Below are positions 38,701-49,500 of a stretch of 64,000 nucleotides of DNA, one piece after another. The notes beneath the pieces were generated by a model. The model was not told the DNA's origin and made no database searches. It worked only from the letters and a program-made list of their open reading frames with translations. Made by a program: the position numbers and the translations under genes. The DNA is from Phycisphaeraceae bacterium (GTDB lineage: Bacteria > Planctomycetota > Phycisphaerae > Phycisphaerales > UBA1924): NCBI GenBank assembly GCA_019636515.1, contig JAHBXI010000003.1, forward strand, positions 641,478 to 705,477, given 5' to 3'. The number at the start of each line of letters is the position of its first letter. The stretch's first letter is position 1.

Positions 38701-39168
38701 GGCGGTCTGTTGGTGTGCGTGGCGGAGATGCTGATCGCGTCGTGGAAGGGTCCGTTGCCGGAGGGGGGCGCGGGCGTGGCGGATTCGGCGGCCACGTCGG
38801 TGGATGTGGGAGATGTGATCCGGAAACTGCTGAAGCCGGATCTTGGATCGCTGCTGGGCAAGGGTTCGTCCCCGGACGCCGCGCGGGCCGCCGTGAAGCC
38901 GGATTCGCCAGGGGCGAGCCTGACGATCTGGGACGACCTGCTCGAGCCCGAGCAACTGGCGTTCGGGGAACGGCCGAGCCGGTACGTGGTGGAGGTAAGG
39001 GCCGAGGATGTGGGTCGCGTGCGGACGGTGCTGCGCGACCACGGGGGTATCCCGGCGACCGCGGTGGGAACGGTCACCGCGTCGGGGCGGCTGACCTGGG
39101 CGCGAGGGGATCTGGATATCGGGGTGGGTGACCTGGCCCGGGCGTGGATCGCGCCGCTGGATTGGTGA
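35767..39168 (+). CDS. purL: phosphoribosylformylglycinamidine synthase, PurS-like N-domain fused to PurL
   Basis: TWSEHCVHKT, AIR-synthase-like domains, and a Gly-rich insertion of about 130 aa. Confidence 0.9.
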   Translation: MDASATVTRFEVRPGPGRPDPRGEAIAKAASCLLAAESGAVRLARSCRVYLVEGVLSEAQSRLACEGLLRDPVLEVGTIGALPPEPGSSVVEVHPLPGVMDPAGQSVETALRELLGLGPEDPLAVSTGWRYDLVGVTSEGARVVAESLLANKVVQGIHLGPFHPASLPKGHPTEFRLVTVPIRDLDDAGLERLSREGHLFLSVDEMRAIRGEYQRLGREPTDIELETIAQTWSEHCVHKTLKSRVRYRELRGVEASRAGGPPGSESGGGAVVGRAGVDGTRERSAGRMGVEFTFGGPGTNGPTIRPPLVEAEGGDDGEPGSGGVFRIDWSGRPGHVVSEDGTVEIDNLLKRTVAAATFELIEEGVDWTLSVFKDNSGVIAFDDEYGVCVKVETHNRPSAIEPYGGAATGAGGCIRDVIGTGLGARPIASTDVFCVAHPDGWSPGGGKALPPGALPPRRILGEVVAGVRDYGNRMGIPTVSGAVHFDDRYVGNPLVFCGCIGLIPRGLVEGRVRPGDRIIAVGGRTGRDGIHGATFSSAEVKHTHADEFAHAVQIGNAIEEKRVLDAIIRARDEGPLYHAMTDCGAGGFSSAIGEMGREVGAQVHLDRAPLKYAGLTYTEIWISEAQERMVLAVAPENVEKLRAIGEREGVEIADLGEFGTPDGSLRLFFGGQRVGELSMSFLHEGLPSVVREATWTPRESGHWGAGREESPARAAGVGDRLLGLLGHPTIASKHWIIRQYDHEVQGNTVVKPLVGPSGRGPSDAAVIEPVPGTGRGLAISCGLATGVGDPRHGGDPYLMALGAIDECVRNLVCVGASASRIAILDNFCWPGCDRPENMGALVRAAEGCYDGAKAYRTPFVSGKDSLNNQLRYTDPQTGEPRVIEIPPTLLISGIGIVPSIRSCVTMDVKQAGGVLLLIGSNGPEMGGSLFAERMGLRGMDEDARRVPAVDLASGPATAAAVAQLIRDGLVRSAHDCSEGGLLVCVAEMLIASWKGPLPEGGAGVADSAATSVDVGDVIRKLLKPDLGSLLGKGSSPDAARAAVKPDSPGASLTIWDDLLEPEQLAFGERPSRYVVEVRAEDVGRVRTVLRDHGGIPATAVGTVTASGRLTWARGDLDIGVGDLARAWIAPLDW

Positions 39169-39296
39169 TCGGCGTCGGGTCGGCGTGCTTCCCGCGTTCT
39201 CTTGGTTCACGGGGGGCGTGAGTCCGAAGTCCATCGACCCCGTGGGCGGGGTGTACGCGATCGCGCAAGGACGGGTGTTGGACGTGACGGGGATGG

Positions 39297-40049
39297 TCAG
39301 CGTCCCGCGAGGGCGGCCTGGAGCCGGGCGCGTGACTCGGGCAGAGCCAGGACCCGCGCCGAGAGTTCGGCCCCTTGGCGGGCCTGGTCGCGATCGAGGG
39401 ACCCGTCGAGGTTGTTGAGGTGGTTCTTGGTGGCCTGGAGAGCCTGAGCGCCGCCCGACGCGAGGCGCTCGGCCGTCTGGGCGACGGCATCGTCCAGGTC
39501 GTCGGCTCCGGGAACAAGGCCGGTGACGATGCCGGTGTCGAAGGCTTGCTGTCCGGTCATGAGTCCGCCCATGAGAAGGATGCGGCGGGCTTTTCCAGCG
39601 CCCACGCGTCGGATGAGCCACGGGGCCACGACGGCGGGGCAGACACCCATCCCGACCTCGGGGAATCCCATCTTGGAATCGGCGTGGGTGATCGCCAGGT
39701 CGCAGATGCACACCAGGCCGCAGCCGCCCCCGATGGCCGCGCCGTTCACGCGTCCAAGCACCGCCAGGGGGAGCGATCGGATCTTCACGCACAGGTCGGC
39801 GAGCATGGTGAGGAGCGTGATCGCGGTCTTGTCGTCTCCCAGGACGGCCTTGAGGTCCATTCCGGCGCAGAAACTTTTTCCCTCGCCGGTGAGGATCAGG
39901 ACTCGCAGGTCATCTCGGCGTGCGATCTCGTCGGCGCGATCGTGAAGGGAACCAAGCAGGTCGATGGAGAGGGCGTTGCGCGCCTCCGGGCGGTTGAGGG
40001 TGAGGGTCCCGATCGGCCCGTTTGAGGTAAGGCGTGTGAGGTGGTTCAT
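39297..40049 (-). CDS. enoyl-CoA hydratase/isomerase family protein
   Basis: Crotonase fold (FCAGMDL, GAAIGGGCGL). Start trimmed to MNHLTRL. Confidence 0.8.
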   Translation of the reverse strand: MNHLTRLTSNGPIGTLTLNRPEARNALSIDLLGSLHDRADEIARRDDLRVLILTGEGKSFCAGMDLKAVLGDDKTAITLLTMLADLCVKIRSLPLAVLGRVNGAAIGGGCGLVCICDLAITHADSKMGFPEVGMGVCPAVVAPWLIRRVGAGKARRILLMGGLMTGQQAFDTGIVTGLVPGADDLDDAVAQTAERLASGGAQALQATKNHLNNLDGSLDRDQARQGAELSARVLALPESRARLQAALAGR

Positions 40050-40060
40050 GGTCTGGTGCG

Positions 40061-40804
40061 TCAGGGTTGGGTGCGAGGCGACAAGGCGAGGGCGAGCATC
40101 GCCCGCTGCTCGTCGGATCCGGCGACCGAGAGTGAGGCTTCGACCGCGGCGCTGGCCGTGTCGTGGTTGTCGGATCCGTCGATCCGGTTGAGCCATCGCT
40201 TGGTGTAGGCGATCGCGTGGGGCGGGTACTCGGCCAGGGCGCGGGCGGTCTCGATGGCGCGTGCCTCGCACCGGGAGGTCGATGGGAGCGACTCGGCGAC
40301 CAGCCCGAGGCGAAGGGCCTCGCGTCCGTCGATCACGCCGGGGTCGATGAGCCGCTCGCGGGCGTGGCCGTCGCCGACGGCGAGCCTGAGGAGAGGTGCC
40401 GAGACGGCGGGCGAGATGCCCAGGCGAACGGCGGGGTAGCCGATCCTGGCGTCGTGGGTGGTGTAGGCGAAATCGGCGGCGGCGACCAGGGCGCAACCCC
40501 CGGCGATCGCGGCCCCGTGCGCGCTGACGACGAGGGGGGCGGGGTGCTGACGCATGGCCTGGCAGGCGGCCTGGAGGGCGAGCAGGAGTTCCGGCAGGAC
40601 GCGTTCGTCGTCGCGGCATGCGGAAAGATCAAAGCCGGAGCAGAAGGTGTCTCCGACGCCGGAGAGGACGATGGCGCGCGCCGACATGGCGTTGTCGAGG
40701 GTCTGGCGTATGGAAGCGAGGATCGCGGGGGTGAGCGCGTTGCGTTTGGCCTCCCTGTCGATGCGGAGGACGCAGACCGATCCGATGATCTCCTTCGAGA
40801 GCAC
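40061..40804 (-). CDS. enoyl-CoA hydratase/isomerase family protein (tandem paralog)
   Basis: Crotonase fold (FCSGFDL, GAAIAGGCAL). Confidence 0.8.
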   Translation of the reverse strand: MLSKEIIGSVCVLRIDREAKRNALTPAILASIRQTLDNAMSARAIVLSGVGDTFCSGFDLSACRDDERVLPELLLALQAACQAMRQHPAPLVVSAHGAAIAGGCALVAAADFAYTTHDARIGYPAVRLGISPAVSAPLLRLAVGDGHARERLIDPGVIDGREALRLGLVAESLPSTSRCEARAIETARALAEYPPHAIAYTKRWLNRIDGSDNHDTASAAVEASLSVAGSDEQRAMLALALSPRTQP

Positions 40805-40861
40805 GCGTGGAGCGTAGGGGCGTTGCGGGATGGGCGCGAGAACTCGCGGCGGGGCGAGTGG

Positions 40862-42262
40862 TCAGCACCCGTTCTCGAACGAGGCGACAAAGGAAGTGAA
40901 GTCCTCGATGTCGACGAATCCCGAGCCGTCGAAGTCGGCGGTGTCGTCGCCGTCCTCGAAGGCGGCGATGAAGGCCGCGTAGTCCTCGATATCGACGAAT
41001 CCCGAGCCGTCGAAGTCGGCTCCGCACAGGGCGTTGACGGCGAGGGTCGTCCAGGCGCGCGTGGCGAGGTCGCTCTGGGAGCGTGCCGAAATGAGGAAGG
41101 AGGCCAACGCCGGCTCGTCGAGAGCGGGGATCGATACGGCCAGGGCGATGACGGCGGACTGCCCGGGGGGGATCGACGGGGTGACGGGCGGATCGAAGGC
41201 GATCGGCCAGGCGGAGCCTTCGGCGAGCAGGGCGTACGCCGCGGGCACCGTTGCCGTGTTGGTCACGGTGAGCGTGGTCTGGACGGTCTGGCCGGCGGGG
41301 CCTGTGATCGCGGGCGCGTCGGGGCCGACGGTGGCGTACGGCTGCGCGAGGGTTGAGAGTCGTGGATCGTCGTCGAGCGCGGGTCCCCAGACGGCGTTCC
41401 AGAGGGTCTGATCCTGGCGGAGGTGGAGGGAGAAAAACTCGGTCAGGAGACGGCGGACGATCGAGAGTTGCTCGCTTCGGGGCATGGACCCGGTGTCGCA
41501 ACCGAAGGTCTGGGAGTCGGTGAACCCGCAGTGAAAGCCCCCGAGGATGAGAGCGCGGCGTTTGGGGGCGGGCGTGTTGGCGTACATGACCTGGCCGTTG
41601 GGGCCGGGAGGGACGATGGTGTCCTGGGAGCCGTCGATGTACATCGACGGGCACGGGACCGAGAGAGCGGCGGTCTTGGAGGAGGGGTTGGTGTCGGCGG
41701 CGGCGAGCGGCGCCAGGGCCTTGACGCGAGGATCGTCGTCGGCGGCGAGTATGGCACATCCGCCCCCCATCGAGTGCCCCGACATGCCGAAGGCCGCGGT
41801 GTTCACGGATCCGAAGAGGAACGAGACCGGGTTTGCGTTCTGTTGCTCGAGGTAGGTGAGGCCATGGCGCATGTCGGCGGCCAGGCCGGGGTGGCTGGGG
41901 AAGAGCGAGCCTTCGCTCTCGCTGGCGATGACGAGAAAGCCGTGGGTGGCGAGGTGTTCGAGAGTGGACTGGTACCGGCTGACGGGCTGGAAAAAGCCGT
42001 GCCCGAAGGAGACGGCTGGGCAAGGCCCCGAGGAGGGGTCGAAGGGGGTGTTTTGTCCGGCGGAAAGGGCGGGGTAGAAGAGGACGGCGGAGAACGTGGA
42101 GTTGTTCGGGCGGGTGACGGTCACCGTCCGATAACCGGGCTGGAATGGTCCCGGCGCCGAGAGATCTCCGCGGGCGATGGCCGGGAGGCAGGCGGCGACG
42201 GCCAGCAGGATGGCCAGCGTCGGGCGTAAAGCGAGCGTGAATGCAGCGATGCCATGCGGCAT
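40862..42262 (-). CDS. secreted alpha/beta hydrolase with C-terminal GC-type dockerin
   Basis: GHSMGGG nucleophile elbow; C-terminal DFDGSGFVDIEDYAAFIAAFEDGDDTADFDGSGFVDIEDFTSFVASFENGC. Confidence 0.75.
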   Translation of the reverse strand: MPHGIAAFTLALRPTLAILLAVAACLPAIARGDLSAPGPFQPGYRTVTVTRPNNSTFSAVLFYPALSAGQNTPFDPSSGPCPAVSFGHGFFQPVSRYQSTLEHLATHGFLVIASESEGSLFPSHPGLAADMRHGLTYLEQQNANPVSFLFGSVNTAAFGMSGHSMGGGCAILAADDDPRVKALAPLAAADTNPSSKTAALSVPCPSMYIDGSQDTIVPPGPNGQVMYANTPAPKRRALILGGFHCGFTDSQTFGCDTGSMPRSEQLSIVRRLLTEFFSLHLRQDQTLWNAVWGPALDDDPRLSTLAQPYATVGPDAPAITGPAGQTVQTTLTVTNTATVPAAYALLAEGSAWPIAFDPPVTPSIPPGQSAVIALAVSIPALDEPALASFLISARSQSDLATRAWTTLAVNALCGADFDGSGFVDIEDYAAFIAAFEDGDDTADFDGSGFVDIEDFTSFVASFENGC

Positions 42263-42442
42263 GAAACGACCTCTCATTCGCGTTTGATTCCGTGGCGTGG
42301 CCGACCAGTGCGTGCCGTGGCGAACGCCATGGCGTCCATCGTACCTGATGGGAGGCCACGGGCGAAGCGCATTCGCATCAACGGCATGAGCGGATGCCGG
42401 ATCGGCGTGGGTTTCGAGCGGGGAATGTCGTCCTGGGCGTGT

Positions 42443-43570
42443 TCAGGCCTTTGCGGTCTTGTAGAAGGGCATGGGGACGACGGTGGCGGCGAGTTCAGCG
42501 CGTCCGGTGTCGATGGTGAGGGGTGTGCCCGGAGCGGTGAGTGCCCTCTCGACAAAGCCCATGGCGATGACTTTGTCGAGGGTGGGGCTGAGGCACCCGC
42601 TGGTGACGTGCCCGGCGTCACGCCCGGCGGTCTTGATGGTGTTTCCCTGGCGGGCGGCTCTCTTTCCCTCGATCTGGAGCCCGACGAGGCGGTGGGGCGG
42701 CCCTCCGGCGGCGGCGGTTTTTTCCAGGGCGTCCTGGCCGATGAAGCGTTCTCCCTTCTCGGCGTTGTGCTTGTCAAGGGAAATGGCAAAGTCGACCCCG
42801 CAGGCCAGGGCGTTGATCCCCTCGCCCAGTTCGTGCCCGTAGAGGGGCATGGCGGCCTCCATTCGGAGGGTGTCCCTGGCTCCCAGGCCGACCGGCTTGA
42901 GGGCGGCCCGCGGGTCCTTGAGGTCGACGTCCTTGAGCAGGAGTTTCATCGCCAGGTCGACGGTCATGGAGGGAAGGATGACCTCGACGCCGTCCTCGCC
43001 GGTGTATCCGGTTCGGCTGACGATGAGTTTGGTGATGACGAGGTTTTTGACGGTGAAGCGGTAGCGTTTGAGGGTGGGGACCTCGCGGGAGACCTTGCCG
43101 ACCAGGTCCATGACCTTCGGCCCCTGCAGGGCGACCATCGCGGTGGACATGGTCTGGTCGTCGATCTTGAGCGAGTAGTCTCCGGCGGAGCGGACCTGGT
43201 CGATGTGTTCGAGGATCTTCTGGCGGTTGGAGGCGTTGACGACGACGAGGAACTCATCCTCGTCGATGCGGTAGACGATCACGTCGTCTCGGACGCCTCC
43301 CGCGGCGTTGCAGACGAGGCTGTATCGGCACTGGCCGGGCTGCATGTCGCTGATGCGCCGGGTGCAGAGGGTTTCGAGGAACCGGCGGGCGTGGCGTCCG
43401 TGGATCTTGACGCGTCCCATGTGGGAGACGTCGAAGAGGCCGCCGCTGGACCTGACCTGGCGGTGCTCCTCGATAATTCCAGAATAAAGGATGGGCATAT
43501 CCCATCCGGCAAAGTCAACCATCTGGGCACCGTTGTCGAGGTGGAACTTATGCAGGGGTGTACGGTGCAA
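42443..43570 (-). CDS. gcvT: glycine cleavage system T protein (aminomethyltransferase)
   Basis: GcvT fold (LFDVSHMGR). No gcvH/gcvP adjacent. Confidence 0.88.
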   Translation of the reverse strand: MHRTPLHKFHLDNGAQMVDFAGWDMPILYSGIIEEHRQVRSSGGLFDVSHMGRVKIHGRHARRFLETLCTRRISDMQPGQCRYSLVCNAAGGVRDDVIVYRIDEDEFLVVVNASNRQKILEHIDQVRSAGDYSLKIDDQTMSTAMVALQGPKVMDLVGKVSREVPTLKRYRFTVKNLVITKLIVSRTGYTGEDGVEVILPSMTVDLAMKLLLKDVDLKDPRAALKPVGLGARDTLRMEAAMPLYGHELGEGINALACGVDFAISLDKHNAEKGERFIGQDALEKTAAAGGPPHRLVGLQIEGKRAARQGNTIKTAGRDAGHVTSGCLSPTLDKVIAMGFVERALTAPGTPLTIDTGRAELAATVVPMPFYKTAKA

Positions 43571-43751
43571 GGAAGGGTCTCCGTGGGTGTATCCGGCTCG
43601 TTCTGGGACGATTCTTGGTAAAGAGTATGCGAATCGTGGGCCAGTCGCGTGAGTATCGGGGAGAGACTCGCGTTTGTATCATTGCCGGGCGGCATCGCCG
43701 CCGCCGAAAGTGCCGGTATTGAGCCGAAACCCGAGAACAGGAGAGAGGTCC

Positions 43752-44612
43752 ATGCGTTCGATCAAGAGTTCATGCGTTGTTGCCGTCGTGCTGTTCGCCG
43801 GTCTGACCGCGGCCCCGTCGCTGGCGGGGACGATCACGTTCAGCCTGGATGTGACCAAGTACGGCAAGGTCGCCAACAGCGGCGACCAGTGCGGCCCGAC
43901 GTCGACGGCCAACTCGTTTGCGTTCCTTCAGAACATGTACCCCGACGTGTACAAGGATGACAACCGGATCATCCGTGACAAGGACGGGGCGATCACGGCG
44001 GACGTCGCGAAACTGCGTGATGCGCTCGCGCAGGGGTGGGGCGACAAGACGGGCGGCCGCAAGGGCATGGGAACCACCGGGGTTCAACTGAAGGAGTGGT
44101 GGGCCAGCAAGGTCACCTGGCTGGAGGACTTTGCTCCCGGCAAGACCCGGTACGCGGCGCAGATGTTCAACGAGACCAACACGGACGGGTGGCCGAAAAA
44201 AGAGGCGATCAGCCCGGTCTATCCGACGTTCAAGTTCATGTGGGATGCGCTCAACCACGGGGCGGCGATCGAGTTGAACCTGATCGACGTGCCGTTCAAG
44301 AACGGTCACGCCGTGTCGCTGATCGGGATGAGTTTTGATGACACAAACAACGACAAGACCTGGAATCAAGGCGAGAAGATCTTCATGAAGTTTGTCGACC
44401 CGAACGATCCCAACGGGACGAACGCCGACAACATTCAGCCGGTCGAACTGACCTACGACGCCACCAAGGGGCGTTTCGAGTTCACCTGGTGGCAGGACAA
44501 GGGCCGCTGGTACATCGACAGCGCGCTGACCGAGACCCCGGTCCCCGGCCCGGCGACGTGGCTGATGGCGGCGATGGGGGTCGGGCTGTGCGCCCGGCGT
44601 CGTCGCGGGTGA
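43752..44612 (+). CDS. PEP-CTERM sorting domain protein
   Basis: Signal peptide; C-terminal TPVPGPATWLMAAMGVGLCARRRRG; RBS-like AGGAGAGAGG upstream. Confidence 0.8.
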   Translation: MRSIKSSCVVAVVLFAGLTAAPSLAGTITFSLDVTKYGKVANSGDQCGPTSTANSFAFLQNMYPDVYKDDNRIIRDKDGAITADVAKLRDALAQGWGDKTGGRKGMGTTGVQLKEWWASKVTWLEDFAPGKTRYAAQMFNETNTDGWPKKEAISPVYPTFKFMWDALNHGAAIELNLIDVPFKNGHAVSLIGMSFDDTNNDKTWNQGEKIFMKFVDPNDPNGTNADNIQPVELTYDATKGRFEFTWWQDKGRWYIDSALTETPVPGPATWLMAAMGVGLCARRRRG

Positions 44613-44651
44613 TTGACCGCGTGAGCCTCGCGAATTGAACAAGCCTCACAC

Positions 44652-44686
44652 GCCGACGGCCTGAAATGGCTGTCGGTGTTTTTTTG
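44652..44686 (+). terminator. rho-independent terminator
   Basis: CGACGGCC-TGAAAT-GGCTGTCG hairpin followed by T7. Confidence 0.65.
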
Positions 44687-45049
44687 GCTCCTGCTCGGGA
44701 TGAAAAGCCCTGCTCGGGATAAAAAACCCCGCCTCTGGCGTCTCCCAACGCGGAAGACAAGTGTCAGGGGCGGGGCGCACAGGATCCTGAGCGTCCGGCT
44801 CTCCAGCGCCACGGGCGTGAGAACCGGCCTTGAGTTACCCGCGCCGCGCGCGGGTCGAGGGTGCAAGCCGACCGCCGTCCCGGAGCGAAGGGGGATTGGG
44901 GGTGGAACGGCGGTCGAGAATGCGGGTCAGGCATGAAATGGGGCGTCGAGGCCGCTTTCTTGCGAATCAATGAAATGGCGTGCGCAAGGCGCGCGGGATG
45001 GCGGGCCCTGGTCGGGGGCACGGCCAGGGCTCGGACGTCGATTGGATGG

Positions 45050-46507
45050 TCAGGCGAGCATGGGCGAGAACACCCGGCCGTGAACATCGGTCAGGCGGTA
45101 TTCGCGTCCCTGGAAGCGGTAGGTCAGGCGGGTGTGGTCGATGCCGAGCAGGTGCAGGAGGGTGGCGTGCAGGTCGTGGACGTGGAGCGGATCGGAGGTT
45201 GAGAAGTATCCCAGGTCGTCGGTTTGCCCGATGGTGAGTCCTTTTTTGATTCCCGCGCCGGCAAACCACATCGTGAAGGCGTGGGGGTGGTGGTCGCGTC
45301 CGAGGAAGGTGGAGCCGTTTCGTGCCTCGTTGACGGGTGTGCGTCCGAACTCTCCTCCCCAGATCACGATCGTCGAGTCGAGCATGCCGCGTCGCTTGAG
45401 GTCCATGACCAGCGCGGCGCAGGCCTGATCGGTTTCCCGGCAGCGCTGGGGGAGCGAGGTCACGATGTCGTCGTCGGGGCTTGTGCCGTGCGAGTCCCAT
45501 CCCCGGTGGTAAAGTTGAATGAAGCGGACGCCGCGCTCGACCAGCCGCCGGGCGAGGACGCAGTTGGCGGCGAACGAGGCCTGGCCGGGGGTCGCGCCGT
45601 ACATCTCGAGGGTTTCGGGGGATTCTCCGGAGAGGTCGAGCAGTTCGGGCACGGACGACTGCATGCGGTAGGCCATTTCGTAGGCGTGGATGCGTGAGGC
45701 GATCTGGGGATCTCCGACGGCGTCGAGCGCAGCGCGGTTGAGGTCGGCGAGCGCGTCGAGGGAACGGCGTCGGGTGAGTTGATCGACACCGCGCGGGTTG
45801 CTGGTAAAGGGGACGGCGTCGCCGGTGGGTCGGAACTGGACGCCCTGGTGCGAGGTGGGGAGGAATCCGCTCGACCAGCAGGAGCATCCACCCGAGGGCT
45901 GTCCGCCGCCCGAGAGCAGCACGACGAATCCCGGGAGGTCCTTGCACTCCGAGCCGAGCCCGTAGGTGAGCCAGGATCCCATGCTGGGCCTTCCGACGCG
46001 GGCAAACCCGGTGTTGATGAACAGTTCGGCGGGGGCGTGGTTGAAGGCGTCGGTCTTGCAGGTTCGGACGAAGCACAGGTCATCGACGATCGAGGCGGTG
46101 TGTGGGAGCAGTTCGGAGACCTCGGCGCCGCATCGGCCGTGTCGCTCGAAGCGGTACGGGGAGGCGAGGATGCGAGGGGTTCCGCGGACGAACGCGAAGC
46201 GTTCGCCGCGTGTGTATTGCTCGGGGATCGGCTCGCGGTCGTGCCTGGCGAGCATGGGTTTGTGCTCGAAGAGATCGAACTGCGACGGGGCGCCGTTCAT
46301 GAAGAGGTAGATGATGCTCTTGGCCTTCGGGGCGTGGTGCGGGACGAGGTGCGGTGAGCCGGTGAGGGGGGCGAGGGCCGACGCCGTGCCCGCGGCCGCG
46401 GGCGTGAGGAGCGATGCCAGGCCCAGCGATCCGAGTTTGACGCCGCATTCCTGGAAGAACTGCCGTCTGGTTCTGGCGATCAGCGGGTCGATGGCGATTG
46501 GTTCCAT
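45050..46507 (-). CDS. DUF1501 domain protein (sulfatase-like, Planctomycete-type)
   Basis: Twin-arginine-like N-terminus ([21 protein letters not shown]). Paired with a PSCyt/PSD1 protein. Confidence 0.85.
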   Translation of the reverse strand: MEPIAIDPLIARTRRQFFQECGVKLGSLGLASLLTPAAAGTASALAPLTGSPHLVPHHAPKAKSIIYLFMNGAPSQFDLFEHKPMLARHDREPIPEQYTRGERFAFVRGTPRILASPYRFERHGRCGAEVSELLPHTASIVDDLCFVRTCKTDAFNHAPAELFINTGFARVGRPSMGSWLTYGLGSECKDLPGFVVLLSGGGQPSGGCSCWSSGFLPTSHQGVQFRPTGDAVPFTSNPRGVDQLTRRRSLDALADLNRAALDAVGDPQIASRIHAYEMAYRMQSSVPELLDLSGESPETLEMYGATPGQASFAANCVLARRLVERGVRFIQLYHRGWDSHGTSPDDDIVTSLPQRCRETDQACAALVMDLKRRGMLDSTIVIWGGEFGRTPVNEARNGSTFLGRDHHPHAFTMWFAGAGIKKGLTIGQTDDLGYFSTSDPLHVHDLHATLLHLLGIDHTRLTYRFQGREYRLTDVHGRVFSPMLA

Positions 46508-46567
46508 GGGTGCGTCCGGTGGTGCGTCGTTGTCGTGGACGAGGGCGTCTGGATCCGGTGGCTTTCA

Positions 46568-49500
46568 TCACGGCCTGGTCAGGGTTTCGTCGAGGTTGAG
46601 CAGGACGTTGGCGACGATGGTCCACGCGGCGATCTGGGCGTGGTCGTGCAGCCCTCCCGCGCCGGCCGGGCCGTAGGAGGCGACTTGACCGGCGGCGGAT
46701 CGGTCGCTCTCGTAGGCGTTCAACTGGTCTTGGTAGAGGGCGAGGAGGCGTTCGATCTCCCGTGGGGTTGGTTCGCGTGCCAGGCAGAGTTTCATGGCGT
46801 ACGCCGCGCGGGAGCGCGGGTCGTTCCCGCCCTCGTCGATGGCTCGGCGGGCCAGGGCGGCGGCCATCTCGACGAAGGCCGGGTCGTTGAGGGTGGTCAG
46901 CGCCTGGAGTGGGGTGCTGGTGCGTGGCCTTCTGGTGCAGGTGATCTCGCGGCTGGGCGCATCGAACGCGACCATCGATGGGTGCGGAGAGGTGCGACGT
47001 ATGAAGGTGTACAGACCGCGGCGGTAGCGGTCTGGCCCCTGGGATTCGACCCACTGCTCGCCGCTGTAGATCTGGGTCCAGGTTCCCTCGGGCTGTGGAG
47101 GGAAGACACTGGGTCCGCCGATGGCGCGGTGAAGCAATCCGCTGGCGGTCAGCCCGATGTCCCGGACCATCTCGGCCTCGACCCTGTACCGCGGAGAGCG
47201 GGCCAGGAGGATGTTGAGCGGGTCTTTTTCGAGATGGTCCGGCGTGACGCGGGAAGATTGGCGGTAGGTCGCGCTGGTCACGATCGAGCGGATCGCGTGC
47301 TTGAGGCTCCAGCCGTCGCGGACCAGTTCGGCGGCGAGGTGGTCGAGAAGTTCGGGATGCGTGGGCGGGTCCCCTTGTGGTCCGAAATCCTCGCTGGTTT
47401 CGACGATGCCACGGCCAAAGATGGTCTCCCAGATCCGGTTGACGGTCACGCGGGCGGTCAGGGGGTTATCTGGCTCAACCAGCCATCGGGCAAAGGCCAG
47501 GCGGTCCATGGGTTCGCGGTCGGTGGCGGGGGGGAGGAACGCGGGGAGACCCGGCTCGACCGGCTCCGTGGGCGATAGGAAACTGCCGCCGTCGAAGAGG
47601 CGTGTCTGGCGGGGTTCGGGCGAGCGGCGCATGACCAGCGCCCGGGCGGCGATGAGGGAGGATCGTTGCCGGGAAAGTTGTTCGCGGTGCGAGTGCGCCA
47701 GGGAGAGGGCGGTGGCGTGGTCGGGCGTGAATCCGGGGAGTGCGGCGTGGCGTCCGGTGGCCAGGCCGATGGCGGCGGGTTGAAGGTCGGCGGCGTGTCG
47801 TGCCAGGTCGGCGTCCGCGCGGGCGAGCCCGGCGTTGAGGTCGGCGAGTTCGTCGAAGCGAGCCGCCCGCGGGTATTCGATCATGGCTCCGGCGGCGTAT
47901 TTCTCGGTGCTGCTGACGACGTGGACGTCGAGTTCATCCTGGTTGAAGATGGCCAGGAGCCGGAAGTAGTCGCGCTGGGTGAGCGGGTCGTTTTTGTGGT
48001 CGTGGCACTGGGCGCAGCCGACGGTGGATCCGAGCCAGACCGCGCCCACGGTGTTGACGCGGTCGATCACGGCGTCGATGCGGAACTCCTCGACGTCGGT
48101 GCCGCCCTCCTCGTTGGTCTGTGTGTTGCGGTTGAATCCGGTGGCGACCAGTTGCGGGCCGGTCGGGTCGGGCAGAAGATCGCCGGCGAGTTGTTCGATC
48201 GTGAAGCGGTCGAAGGGGAGGTCGTCGTTGAGGGCGTCGATGACCCAGTCGCGGTATGGCCACATGACGCGCGGGCCGTCTTTTTCGTAGCCGTGGCTGT
48301 CGGCGTAGCGGGCCAGGTCGAGCCAAACGCGTGCCCATCGCTCCCCAAAGTGCGGCGAGGCGAGGAGGCGATCGACGAGGCGTTCGTACGCGCCGGGGCG
48401 CGTGTCGGAGAGGAAGGCCGTGACCTCCGGCGGGGAAGGGGGCAGGCCGATCAGGTCGAGGCTGAGCCTGCGGATGAGGGCGTGACGGTCGGCCTGGGGG
48501 GATGGTGAAAGTCCCGCGGACTCGATGCGGGCGAGGATGAAGTGGTCGATCGGTCCACGGGGCCAGGTGGTGTCAAGGACGGGGGGCGGGTTTGGCCTGA
48601 CCGGGGCGCGGTAGGCCCAGTGCCAGTGTTCGCCGGCCGGGCGTTGGCCATGCCACGGGGCGCCGGCGTTGATCCAGGCGGCGATGTCGGAGACCTGCTC
48701 CCGTGAGAGCGGGGAGCCCTTGGGGGGCATGCGTCGGTCGTGGTCGGTGGCGCTGACGAGTTGGTACAGGAGGCTGGCGGAGGCGTCGCCGGGGACGATC
48801 GTGGGCTTGCCCGACACGCCCGGGGTGAGGGCCTGCTCGCGCGTGGCAAGTCTGAAGCCGGCCTCGGGGGAGGCGCCGGTGTGGCACTGGTAACAGCGTG
48901 TGACGAAGATGGGCTCGATGCGCGTCGCGTAGGTGTCGCCGGGAGTTTCATCGCCGGGGCGTTGCTGGGCGTTGAGCGTCCGGGTTGAGGCGCGCGGCGG
49001 AGAATGCCCCCGCGCGATGGCGAGGGCGTCCCGTACAACGCCTTCGCCGTGAACCAGCGTGCCGCCGTGGTGCCCGGCGACGGTGACGGCCAGGACGCAG
49101 GCGAGCAGCGAGACCCGATAGACGTTGAACAGGCGCGGTCCGTTGAGCCCGCGGGCGATGGTGGCGGCGAGCACGGCGACGGCGGCGAGTACGGCGGCGG
49201 CGATGCCCGCCCATCGGTGGACGCCGAGCGTCCAGGCGGCCGAGCCGCCGTAGTTGGCGGATTGGGCGCTGCTCCATCCCAGGAGGGCGGCGAGGAGCGC
49301 CCCGGCGGCGCCCAGGCACAGGCAGGCGAAGGCGGTTGGTCCGGGGCGGTGTTCCCCGCCGCGCCGGCGCGCGAACTCGAAGATGACCGCGACCACGAGC
49401 AGCGCGATCGGGAAGTGGACAACCATGGGGTGGAAGGCCCCGGAGGCTCTCCAGAGACGGTCGGTGAGAGGCTCGGCCGCGAGCGCGTGGGTAGTGAACA

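Noticed and set aside
37894-39792. 632-aa minus-strand ORF antisense to the purL 3' half
   Set aside because: It is a shadow ORF; purL identity is unambiguous.
44700-45050. Structured GC-rich intergenic region (direct repeat CTGCTCGGGAT x2, GGGGCGGGG box) that could be a small RNA (tmRNA, SRP or 6S)
   Set aside because: There is no convincing match to conserved tmRNA, SRP or RNase P motifs by eye. It is more likely a terminator/UTR region; leave it for a covariance-model scan.
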